Shown here in pieces: positions 51,684-62,100 of a stretch of DNA of 64,000 nt. Position numbers and translations under genes: made by a program. The notes below the pieces were generated by a model. It ran no database searches, was not told where the DNA came from, and saw only the letters and a program-made list of their open reading frames with translations. Position 1 is the first letter of the stretch; the number at the start of each line of letters is the position of its first letter. This stretch comes from an uncultured Clostridia bacterium (GTDB taxonomy: Bacteria > Bacillota > Clostridia > Lutisporales > Lutisporaceae). The stretch covers positions 6,168-70,167 of the forward strand of contig CALGKJ010000130.1 of the NCBI GenBank assembly GCA_937930535.1, in the 5' to 3' direction.

Positions 51684-53402
51684 ATGGAAATTAAAAATGT
51701 TTCACAAAAAAAGGATGAAAAAGCTCTAAAGGTTGTTCTGGGGATGATGCCCTACTGGACTCCTTTAAATCCACCCCAAGGAATAGGTATGCTAAAGGCA
51801 TATTTGCAGAAGTTTGGGTATAAGGTAAAGATTCTTGACCTTAATGTTCATGAAACCTTTAAGAAGGTTTACGTAGACTATTTTAAAAAGCTGGAAGAGT
51901 TTGTGCCTCCAGAGAAAAGAGGTAATTTCTATAATATCGGACATGATGTACTGCATAACCATATGATGGCAGCCTTCAAGTACACAGATGAAAATAAGTA
52001 CATAGAGCTGGTAAAAATATTAATATATCATACATATTATGTAAACATCAACAATGATCAAGCAAAAGAATTAAATGCGTTAATGAGCTTTTTCTACAAG
52101 GAATTAGAAGCATATTATACTAATCTGGTTGAAACAGAGAAGCCTGATGTTGTAGGATTCAGTATATTTAAAGGTAATATACCTGCTTCAATATTTGCTG
52201 CAAGAGTTGTAAAAAAACTGAATTCACAAATTAAGGTAGTTATGGGTGGAGGAGCTTTTGCTGATTCACATGCTGTAGGTTCACCAAATTACGATACACT
52301 TCTTAAGGAAACTGAAGACTGTGTAGATTTAATAATGAGAGATGGTCAAGGGGAGCAATCCTTATTAAAATTCTTGAGAGGCGAGATATCTGATAGGAGA
52401 GTTGTTTCCCTCAGTGACTTAGGGTTAACTCCAATACCTTTTAACCAGTTAGATATAGCAGATTTATCAGATATTAATACAGCAAGCTATCCATATATAA
52501 TAGCAACAGGTTCTTCAAGCTGTCCTAATGAATGCAGCTTCTGTAACTCATCAAGATATTGGGGCAAGTATAAAACAAAGGATATAAAACAGACAGTAAG
52601 CGAAATGATAAAGATGTATAAGAAATATGGAAACCAGTTATTCTTTATGTCTGATGCGCTGTTAAATCCAATAATCAGCGAGCTTTCTGCTGAATTTATA
52701 AATTCAGACTATACATTGTATTATGACTGCTATTTTAGAGTAGACGAGCCATCTGGAAACCTGGACAATACTATCCAGTGGAGACGTGGTGGTATGTATA
52801 GAACCAGAATAGGTGTAGAAAGCGGTTCTCAAAAGATACTTGATTTAATGCACAAGGAAATAAAGGTAGAGCAAACCAAGGAAACACTATATGCTTTGGC
52901 TACTGCGGGAATAAAAACCACAACGTATATAGTTATCGGACATCCAGACGAGACAGAGGAAGATTTCCAAATGACCCTTGATCTAGTTGAGGAGATGAAG
53001 GATTATATCTGGCAGGCTGAACCAAATCCTTTCTACTATCATTATGCAGGTCAGTTTGATTCAGATCAATGGGCAGATAAGAGAGAACTGCTTTATCCGG
53101 CAGAGGCTAGAGATATGCTGGTATTTGATACATGGACATTAAAATGCGAGCCTATGAGAGAAGAAAGATATAACAGATTACATCGTTTTATGGCTCACTG
53201 TGCTAAGCTTGGCATACCAAATCCATATAATGCTACTCAGCTGCACAATGCGGATGAAAGATGGAAGAAGCTTCATAAGAATGCAGTACCATCAATATGG
53301 GAATTCGAAAGATGGGGCAAAATGGTGCATGAAGCTAAGCAAATCGTAAAATTAGCTGGTGCAAAGAATATTTTAAGTAATGATGATGACTTCGGTTTTT
53401 AA
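51684..53402 (+). CDS. Stand-alone B12-binding-domain radical SAM enzyme (class B-like)
   Basis: N-terminal cobalamin-binding-like Rossmann segment. The CPNECSFC cluster (CxxxCxxC) is at 52521-52544. GGAGGT precedes ATG 51684. The C-terminal tail is NILSNDDDFGF. Confidence 0.85.
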   Translation: MEIKNVSQKKDEKALKVVLGMMPYWTPLNPPQGIGMLKAYLQKFGYKVKILDLNVHETFKKVYVDYFKKLEEFVPPEKRGNFYNIGHDVLHNHMMAAFKYTDENKYIELVKILIYHTYYVNINNDQAKELNALMSFFYKELEAYYTNLVETEKPDVVGFSIFKGNIPASIFAARVVKKLNSQIKVVMGGGAFADSHAVGSPNYDTLLKETEDCVDLIMRDGQGEQSLLKFLRGEISDRRVVSLSDLGLTPIPFNQLDIADLSDINTASYPYIIATGSSSCPNECSFCNSSRYWGKYKTKDIKQTVSEMIKMYKKYGNQLFFMSDALLNPIISELSAEFINSDYTLYYDCYFRVDEPSGNLDNTIQWRRGGMYRTRIGVESGSQKILDLMHKEIKVEQTKETLYALATAGIKTTTYIVIGHPDETEEDFQMTLDLVEEMKDYIWQAEPNPFYYHYAGQFDSDQWADKRELLYPAEARDMLVFDTWTLKCEPMREERYNRLHRFMAHCAKLGIPNPYNATQLHNADERWKKLHKNAVPSIWEFERWGKMVHEAKQIVKLAGAKNILSNDDDFGF

Positions 53403-53464
53403 GTGTGTAAAAGTTAATTGAAATTATTATATATTAATAAATCAAGTTTTACGGAGGGTTGAAA

Positions 53465-56400
53465 ATGAATAAATCTGGCATAGCAGCAATAGCTGCGAGT
53501 CAACATGTAAAAGAAGGCGAATATTGGTTAAATAAACTATCAGGTGAGCTTGTAAAAAGCTTCTTCCCATATGATCACAATGTTACTGATACAAATAAAT
53601 ACAAAACAGTAACAGCCAAAGCCAGCTTTGAGCTTTCAGGAGAAATATATTCAAAGCTGTCAAAGCTAAGCAATGGTGCAGACGCAAGACTATTTATGAT
53701 TTTAGTAACCGGCATCAGCTTACTGCTGGACAGATATACAGGAAACAGTGACGTAGTTATTGGCGCACCAATATTTAAGCAGGAAGAAGAAGCGGAATTC
53801 GTAAATACAGTGCTTGCCTTAAGAAATGAAATTAAGAGAGATGGTTCCTTTAAGGATTTGCTGCTTCAAGTAAAGGATACAATTTTTGAAGCCTCCGAAA
53901 ATCAAAACTATCCTATGGAAACACTACTGTACCAGTTGGGTATGGAACAGGAAGAAAACAGCTTCCCATTATTTGAGGTAGTAGTATTATTAGAAAATGT
54001 ACATAACAAAAGCTATATAAGCAATATTATGACAAGCATAGTAATGTCCTTTAATAATACAAAAGACGTTATTAAGGGTGAAATAGAATACAATACGTCC
54101 TTATATGAAGCTGAAACCATCGAAAGAATAATAACACATTTTAAGAATCTGCTTTTATGCGGAGTAAGCAATGTTAATGCCAAGCTTTCTGAGCTTACTA
54201 TGCTTCCAGAAGAAGAAAAGCAGCTTATACTAAATAGCTTTAATAACAGTGCAGTACCTTATCCAAAGGAAAAAACCATATCCGGGCTATTTGAAGAGCA
54301 GGTTAAGCTGACACCGGAATGCATGGCTGTACAATTTGAAGGTGAAGCACTTACATATGCTGAGCTTAATAAGAAAGCAAACAGCCTTGCAAGAATATTG
54401 AGAGAGCATGGTGTAGGAACCTCAGAAGGCAACAATATTGTTGCAATTATGGTTGACAGATCCCTTGAAATGGTAGTTGGCATGATGGCGATACTTAAGG
54501 CTGGCGGAGCTTATCTTCCAGTTGATCCAGAGTATCCTGCTGAAAGAAAGCAGTTTATGCTGAAGGATAGTGATGTAAAGGTTCTGCTAATAAAGGGTGC
54601 AGTTAATGAAGAAATAGAGTTTGAAGGCACTATAATAGACTTAGAAAAAGAAAAAAATTACCTAGGAAATTCTGAAAACCTAGAAACAATTTCTTCAGAT
54701 TCATTGGCATATATCATATATACATCAGGATCAACAGGGCAGCCAAAGGGTGTACTTGTAAAGCACACTACTATTGTTAATACACTGACATGGAGAAAGG
54801 ACTACTATCAATTTACTGATAAGGATGCTGTACTGCAAATTCCTTCCTTCTCCTTTGACAGTTCAGTTGAAGATATATTTACACCACTTATAAGCGGTTC
54901 AAAGCTGGTACTTGTAAATAACCAGAACAGATTTAACGTTGCATATCTGCAAGAGGTTGTTACTGACTGCAAGGTAACACACTTCCTGATTACTCCTGGT
55001 TTATACAAGGTATTTATGGATGAGTATCCAGAAAGCTTAAAGTATCTGAGAATCATAACTGTAGCTGGAGATAAGTTTAACGAAGATTTGGTTAAAGAGC
55101 ACTTTGAGAAGCTTAATAACGTTAGATTTATTAATGAGTATGGGCCGACAGAAAACAGCGTTTGCTCAACGGTTTACGAAATTACACCAGAAAATATGAA
55201 GGTACTTATTGGTAAACCAATAAATAATGTAAAATGCTATATCGTTGATAAATACGGCTGCTTATGCCCAGTAGGGATACCCGGCGAGCTATGCGTATCG
55301 GGGACAGGCTTGGCAGTAGGATACCTAAACAGACCAGAGCTGACAAGTGAAAAGTTTATTAATAACCCATATGCAGAGGGCGAGAGGTTATATAAAACTG
55401 GTGACCTTGCAAGATGGCTGCCAGATGGAAATATAGAATTTTTAGGCAGAATAGATCATCAAGTAAAAATCAGAGGCTTTAGAATAGAGCTTGGTGAAAT
55501 CGAAAACCAATTGTTAACTCATGAACAGGTAAAAGAAACCCTAGTAATAGCTAAAGAAAATTGTGACGGCACAAAATATCTTGTTCAATACTTTACAGCC
55601 AATGAAAAGCTGACTGTACCTGAGCTTAGATGGTGTCTGGCAGACGCTCTTCCAGAGTACATGATTCCAGCTCATTTTGTACAGTTAGACAAAATGCCAT
55701 TGACTCCAAATGGAAAGATTGACAGACGAGCTCTTCCAGAACCAGAAGAAAATCTGGACTCATCAGCTATATATGAGGAGCCAACCAACGAAACAGAAGA
55801 AGAGCTTGTAACAGTATGGAAGGAAATACTTGACCTGGAAAAGGTAGGTATAAACGATAATTTCTTTGAAGTAGGCGGACACTCTCTTAGAGCAACTATA
55901 CTGGTTTCACAAATAAGAAAGAGATTCCATGTTGATGTGCCATTAAGAGAAATATTCAGAAAGCCAACAATAAAACAGCTGGCAAAGTTCATAGATCGTG
56001 GAGAAAAGAATATCTATATATCCATTCAGCCAGTTGAGAAGAAGGAATACTATCCAGCATCTCCAGCACAAAAGAGAATGTATCTGGTTAACAAGGTGGA
56101 TGGTATAGGGGTTACATATAACGTACCATTGGCTATGCATATTGACAAACATCTGGATAAGGAAAGAACTCAGAATGCTTTTGCTGAAATAGTAAAAAGA
56201 CATGAGGCCTTTAGAACCTCCTTTGACTTTGTTGAGGATGAATTAGTACAAAGAGTACATGATGAAGTAAATTTTGAAATAGATTACATGGAAGCTGAAG
56301 AAAATCAGGTTAACAAAATAGCTGAAAGCTTTGTACGTACCTTTGATTTCAAAGCAGCACCACTTCTCAGAGTTATGCTAATAAACCTGAAGGAAGGCAA

Positions 56401-59188
56401 AAGCATCCTAATGACAGATATGCACCACATAATATCTGATGGTGTGTCAATGGATATATTGGTTAAAGAGTTTGTTACATTATATGAAAATAAAGAACTG
56501 CCTGAGCTTAGAATCCAATACAGAGACTTTACTGCATGGCAGAATACAATGATAAACAGCGATGCAATGAAAGAGCAAAAGGAATTCTGGTTAAGGGAAT
56601 TCGCAGGAGAGCTTCCAGTGCTTAATATGCCAACTGATTATCCAAGACCGGCAGTACAAAGCTTTGAAGGAGACAAGGTAAGAGTAAAGGTAGATGAAGA
56701 AACTACCACTGCATTATTAGGACTAGCTAATAAGACAGGTACAACCTTATTCTCAGTAATGCTAGGAGCATACAATGTATTGCTGTCCAAGTACTCAGGA
56801 CAGGATGATATAGTTGTTGGTACTCCTATAGCCGGCAGAACCAGCACGGACTTAGAAAATGTAATAGGTATGTTTATCAATATGCTTGCATTACGAAACT
56901 ACCCAGAAAGCACCAGGAGCTTTAGGGATTTCTTAAAGGATGTAGGAGAAAATTCAATAAGAGCATTTGAAAATCAGGATTATCAATTTAACGATTTAGT
57001 TGATGCTTTACGTCCAGACAGAAATATGAGCAGAAGTCCTCTATTTGATACAATGTTTGCACTTCAAAATATGGAGTTCAGACAAACAGAGATAGATGGC
57101 ATCAGATTTGGTCTGGAAGATGTTGAAACAAAAATCTCCAAGTTTGATATAACAACTATTGCTATAGAAAGAAATAATCAGATAGATTTAATATTTGAAT
57201 ACTGCACAAAGCTGTTCAAAAAAGAAACCATGGAAAGATTTGCTAATCATTATGTGAAGCTGTTAAAAGAAGCTGTTAATAACCCAGATAATAAACTATA
57301 TGAGCTTCAAATGATTTCAGAATGTGAACAAAAGCAAATACTAAACAGCTTCAATAACAATAAAGTAGAATATGATAAAACCAGAACGATACAAAGCCTG
57401 TTTGAAGAGCAAGCAGCTAAAACTCCTGACAATGTCGTTGCAGTATATAAAGATAAGTCCATGACCTACAAGGAAATGAACGAAAAGGCTAATCAGCTTG
57501 CTGCTGCATTAAGAAACAATAAAATCAATACTAATGATATAGTAGGCATAATGGTTGAAGAGTCCTTGGAGATGCTAGTAGGAATAATGGGTATCTTAAA
57601 GGCAGGAGCGGCATATCTGCCCATAGATCCTCAATACCCGCAGGATAGAATCAAATACATGCTGGAAGACAGCAAAGCAGTAATGCTGCTTACACAAGAG
57701 CATTTGCTTGAGCAGGTTAAATATGAAGTCAAGATAATAAATCTTGACAGTTCAGAAGCATATGCAGCAAATAAAGAAAATGTGACATGTGAAAGCAAGG
57801 CGGATGATATAGCATATGTAATATATACCTCTGGTTCTACAGGAAAGCCTAAGGGAGTTATGGTGGAGCACAAGGCTCTTGCAAATCTATGTCAGTGGCA
57901 CAATAAATACTATGAGGTTACTGCTGAAGATAGAGCAACAAAATATGCAGGTTTTGGCTTCGATGCTTCTGTTTGGGAAATATTCCCTTACCTAATATGC
58001 GGAGCATCAATCCACTTAATAGACAAGAAGATTAAGCTGGATACTATTAAGCTTAATGAGTACTTTGAGAAAAACAATATAACCATAAGCTTTTTACCGA
58101 CACAAATATGCGAGCAGTTTATGGATTTAAACAATACCTCCCTAAGAAAGCTTTTGACTGGCGGAGATAAGCTGAATCAATTTACAAAGAAAGCCTATGA
58201 GTTGATAAACAACTACGGTCCAACTGAAAACACTGTTGTAGCTACAAGCTTCGTAGTAGATGAATATTACAGTAATATTCCTATAGGAAAGCCAATAACA
58301 AATACAGAAGCTTATGTACTGGATAAATACAACAACTTACAGCCAGTTGGAGTACCGGGAGAATTATGCATAAGCGGTGACAGTCTGGCAAGAGGATATC
58401 TGAATAAACCAGAGTTAACAAAAGAAAAATTTGTAGAAAACCCATTTGAAGCAAACACACTGATGTATCGTACAGGAGACCTTGTAAAGTGGCTGCCTGA
58501 TGGCAATATAGAATTCCTTGGCAGAATAGATTATCAAGTAAAAATCAGAGGCAACAGAATAGAGCTGGGTGAAATAGAAAATCAACTGCTTAAGCATGAA
58601 GACATTAAAGAAGCTGTAGTAATAGCAAGAGACGACAAAGGCGAAAACAAATACCTCTGTGCTTACTTAGTTACTGAAAAGGAAATGACCGTAGCAGATA
58701 TAAAGGAACATCTGTCAAAAGAGCTTCCTGAATATATGATTCCATCATATTTTGTTCAGGTAGACCAAATACCAATGACCTCAAACGGCAAGGTAGATAA
58801 GAAAGCACTGCCTGAGCCAGATGGAAGCATAAGTACAGGCGTTGAATATGCAGCACCAACAAGTGAAACAGAAGAAAAGCTTGTTGCAATATGGCAGGAG
58901 GTACTAGGAGTTGAAAAGATAGGTACTAACGACAACTTCTTTGACCTTGGCGGTAACTCGCTGCTTATGATGAAGGTAATAAGCAAGATCTGTACTCTGT
59001 TTAATGCATCAGAAGAGGAAATTACAGTTATGACAATGTTTAAATATCCTACTATAGCACTTATGGCTAAGCAGTTGGACGGAGAATCTGCTGTTGATAA
59101 GAGTTCCTTTGAACAAATCTCCAGCAGAATCGAAAGGAGAAACCAAGCTGCAAGAAGACCTACAAGCGGGAGGGGCAGAAATGAGTAA
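53465..59188 (+). CDS. Bimodular NRPS: [C-terminal half of a C domain]-A-T-C-A-T
   Basis: Two A domains (YTSGSTGQPKGV / YTSGSTGKPKGV, NEYGPTEN / NNYGPTEN, GELCVSG / GELCISG, KIRGFRIELGEIE / KIRGNRIELGEIE). Carrier motifs GGHSL and GGNSL. One full C domain (HHIISDGVS). The N-terminal ~245 aa match only the post-His half of a C domain. ATG 53465 follows GGAGGG. Confidence 0.92.
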   Translation: MNKSGIAAIAASQHVKEGEYWLNKLSGELVKSFFPYDHNVTDTNKYKTVTAKASFELSGEIYSKLSKLSNGADARLFMILVTGISLLLDRYTGNSDVVIGAPIFKQEEEAEFVNTVLALRNEIKRDGSFKDLLLQVKDTIFEASENQNYPMETLLYQLGMEQEENSFPLFEVVVLLENVHNKSYISNIMTSIVMSFNNTKDVIKGEIEYNTSLYEAETIERIITHFKNLLLCGVSNVNAKLSELTMLPEEEKQLILNSFNNSAVPYPKEKTISGLFEEQVKLTPECMAVQFEGEALTYAELNKKANSLARILREHGVGTSEGNNIVAIMVDRSLEMVVGMMAILKAGGAYLPVDPEYPAERKQFMLKDSDVKVLLIKGAVNEEIEFEGTIIDLEKEKNYLGNSENLETISSDSLAYIIYTSGSTGQPKGVLVKHTTIVNTLTWRKDYYQFTDKDAVLQIPSFSFDSSVEDIFTPLISGSKLVLVNNQNRFNVAYLQEVVTDCKVTHFLITPGLYKVFMDEYPESLKYLRIITVAGDKFNEDLVKEHFEKLNNVRFINEYGPTENSVCSTVYEITPENMKVLIGKPINNVKCYIVDKYGCLCPVGIPGELCVSGTGLAVGYLNRPELTSEKFINNPYAEGERLYKTGDLARWLPDGNIEFLGRIDHQVKIRGFRIELGEIENQLLTHEQVKETLVIAKENCDGTKYLVQYFTANEKLTVPELRWCLADALPEYMIPAHFVQLDKMPLTPNGKIDRRALPEPEENLDSSAIYEEPTNETEEELVTVWKEILDLEKVGINDNFFEVGGHSLRATILVSQIRKRFHVDVPLREIFRKPTIKQLAKFIDRGEKNIYISIQPVEKKEYYPASPAQKRMYLVNKVDGIGVTYNVPLAMHIDKHLDKERTQNAFAEIVKRHEAFRTSFDFVEDELVQRVHDEVNFEIDYMEAEENQVNKIAESFVRTFDFKAAPLLRVMLINLKEGKSILMTDMHHIISDGVSMDILVKEFVTLYENKELPELRIQYRDFTAWQNTMINSDAMKEQKEFWLREFAGELPVLNMPTDYPRPAVQSFEGDKVRVKVDEETTTALLGLANKTGTTLFSVMLGAYNVLLSKYSGQDDIVVGTPIAGRTSTDLENVIGMFINMLALRNYPESTRSFRDFLKDVGENSIRAFENQDYQFNDLVDALRPDRNMSRSPLFDTMFALQNMEFRQTEIDGIRFGLEDVETKISKFDITTIAIERNNQIDLIFEYCTKLFKKETMERFANHYVKLLKEAVNNPDNKLYELQMISECEQKQILNSFNNNKVEYDKTRTIQSLFEEQAAKTPDNVVAVYKDKSMTYKEMNEKANQLAAALRNNKINTNDIVGIMVEESLEMLVGIMGILKAGAAYLPIDPQYPQDRIKYMLEDSKAVMLLTQEHLLEQVKYEVKIINLDSSEAYAANKENVTCESKADDIAYVIYTSGSTGKPKGVMVEHKALANLCQWHNKYYEVTAEDRATKYAGFGFDASVWEIFPYLICGASIHLIDKKIKLDTIKLNEYFEKNNITISFLPTQICEQFMDLNNTSLRKLLTGGDKLNQFTKKAYELINNYGPTENTVVATSFVVDEYYSNIPIGKPITNTEAYVLDKYNNLQPVGVPGELCISGDSLARGYLNKPELTKEKFVENPFEANTLMYRTGDLVKWLPDGNIEFLGRIDYQVKIRGNRIELGEIENQLLKHEDIKEAVVIARDDKGENKYLCAYLVTEKEMTVADIKEHLSKELPEYMIPSYFVQVDQIPMTSNGKVDKKALPEPDGSISTGVEYAAPTSETEEKLVAIWQEVLGVEKIGTNDNFFDLGGNSLLMMKVISKICTLFNASEEEITVMTMFKYPTIALMAKQLDGESAVDKSSFEQISSRIERRNQAARRPTSGRGRNE

Positions 59189-62100
59189 CGACAACACTCA
59201 AAATTTTGGCGATAATATAGCAATTATCAGTCTGGCTGGAAGATTTCCGGGGGCTGACAGCATAAATGAGTTTTGGAATAATATTAAAAACGGTGTTGAG
59301 TCAATACAATTCTTCACAGATGAAGAATTGAAGAAATCCAATATAGAACCGGCTTTATTTAATGATTCCAACTATGTAAAGGCTGGAGCTGTAATTGAAG
59401 ACATAGACATGTTTGATCCACAGTTCTTTGGCTTTAATAAAAGAGAAGCAGAAATACTAAACCCACAGCACCGTATGTTTCTTGAATGTGCTTGGGAAGC
59501 CATCGAAAGTGCAGGCTATAATCCAGAAACATATAATGGCAGGATAGGAGTTTACGCAGGTGAAGGCTTTAATACCTATCTGCTGAACATTGCATCAGAC
59601 CCGCATTTAGCAAGTACAATGAACGAAATACAGATGCTTATAGGTAATGATAAGGACTTTCTGGCAACACAGGTGTCCTATAAGCTTAACCTGAAAGGAC
59701 CAGGCGTTACCGTTCAATGCGGCTGCTCAACCTCCCTTGTTGCATTGACAATGGCATGTCAGGGACTAAACAGCTATCAATGTGATATGGCACTGGCTGG
59801 GGGCATAAGGCTCGGTATTCCACAGAAGGGAGGCTACCTTTATAAAGAAGGTAGCATCCTGTCCCCTGATGGGCACTGTAAGCCCTTTGACGAAAAGGCC
59901 AATGGCACAGTAGGCGGAAACGGAGCTGCTATAGTAGCCTTAAAGAGACTTGAGGATGCTTTGGCGGACGGAGACTACATATATGCCGTAATAAAGGGAA
60001 CAGCAATTAATAATGATGGTTCCCTGAAAATAGGTTACACCGCCCCCAGTATTGAGGGACAGTCTGAGGTTATATATGAAGCACAAGAGGTAGCTGGCAT
60101 AAACCCTGAAAATATAGAATATATCGAAACCCATGGAACAGGTACAGAGTTGGGTGATCCAATAGAGTTTAACGCTTTAACAGAGGTATATAGAAATAAA
60201 ACCAGCAAAAAAAGATTTTGTGCTCTAGGTTCAGTTAAAGCCAATATCGGACATTTGGATGCCGCCGCTGGAACTGCCGGAGTAATAAAAGCAGCACTGA
60301 CTCTTAAAAATAAGACAATACCTCCATGTGTAAATTTTGAAAAGCCAAACCCAAAGCTTAAGATGGAAGATAGTCCATTTTATGTACCAACAGAAGCTCT
60401 TGCGTGGAAAAGCGAAGGAAAGCCTCGCAGAGCAGGAGTAAGCTCCTTTGGTATAGGGGGTACAAATGCCCATGTAGTGCTTGAAGAAGCACCAGAAATA
60501 CAAAGTACAGTATCCAATAAGCCTTGGCATATGCTTACACTATCTGCAAAAACAGAGAACGCTTTAGATAATATGACTATTAATTTACTGGAATTCTTGA
60601 GAAACAACCCAGAGACTAATCTTGCAGATGCGGCACACACCTTGCAAATGGGCAGAAAAGAGTTTAACCATAGAAAAGCTGTCGTTTGTAATAACATAGC
60701 AGATGCGGTAGAAGTAATGGAAAAATCCTTTAATGAACGTATAGTAAAAGGCAGCGGAGAAGTAACTGGAAGAGGCGTAGTATTCATGTTCCCAGGTCAA
60801 GGCTCTCAATATATCAACATGGGACTGGAATTGTATAAAAATGAGAAAATATTTAAAGAACAGGTAGATTTATGTGCCAAGCTGTTAGAACCCCATCTGG
60901 GATTGGATCTGCGTGAGGTTTTATTTCCAAATGATCAGGAAGCAGATGCAGAGCAGATAAATCAAACCTATCTGGCACAGCCAGCGTTGTTTACCATGGA
61001 ATATGCAATGGCACAAACACTAATAAGCTATGGCATAGTACCAAAGGCTATGGTAGGACATAGTGTTGGTGAATATGTAGCGGCATGTATATCTGGTGTC
61101 ATTACCCTAAAGGAAGTACTGCCCTTAATCGCTGCAAGAGGCAGAATGATGCAGGGACAGCCTCGTGGAGTTATGACAGCAGTATCAGAATGTGAAAAAG
61201 AAGTGCTGCCGCTGCTTAATGAAGATGTATCTATTGCTGCTGTTAACAGCCCTATGTCCTGTGTAATATCAGGACCAGAGGAAAAGGTATCAGAGGTTGA
61301 AGCAGTATTGGAGCAAAAGGGCGTAAAATACGTAAGGCTGCATACCTCACATGCTTTCCATTCATCTATGATGGATTCCATAATAGAGCCTTTTGCAGCC
61401 AAGGTAGGCAAAGCACAGCTAAATGCACCAAAAATACCAATAGTATCAAACCTGACAGGTACATGGCTGAAGGATGAGGAAGCAAAGGATCCAATTTATT
61501 GGGCTAGACATTTGGCAGAGGCTGTAAGATTCTCTCAATGTCTGGAGGAGCTTTTAAAGGACGACAGCTTGGTATTAATAGAAGCCGGACCAGGAAATAC
61601 ACTTAGTACGCTGGCAAAGCAGCAAATTAATAAGGAATCCAATATAAAAGTAGTACCTACAATGAGGCATCCTCGCCAAAAGAACTCGGACACAGCAGTG
61701 TTATACTGCGCTTTAGGCAAGATGTGGTCAGAAGGCATAAAGGTTAACTTCTCAGAGCTTTATAAGAATGAAAAGAGAATGAGAATACCTCTGCCAACAT
61801 ACCCATTTGAAAGAATAAGCTGCTGGATGGGCGGGGATAGAAAAACACAAAAGCCTGTAGATGCCATAAAAAAAGCAGCTAAGAACCCGGAAGTATCTGA
61901 ATGGCTTTATGCCCCATATTGGAAGCCGGCAGTACCAGTGGAACAAGTTGAGGAAAATAGCTTAAAATGGCTGATATTTGCTGATGAGCATGGAATAGCA
62001 GACAGCGTGGCTTCAAGACTTAATAGCATGGGTAATGAAACAACAATGGTATATGCTGGAGAAAAATATAAAGCTGACGAAAACGATTCATACAGTTTAA

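Noticed and set aside
59094-59180. N-terminal extension of the PKS ORF in the ORF track (MIRVPLNKSPAES...).
   Set aside because: It lies entirely within the 3' end of the NRPS gene in another frame. A good RBS (GGGAGGGG) precedes ATG 59181, and the KS domain begins right after that start.
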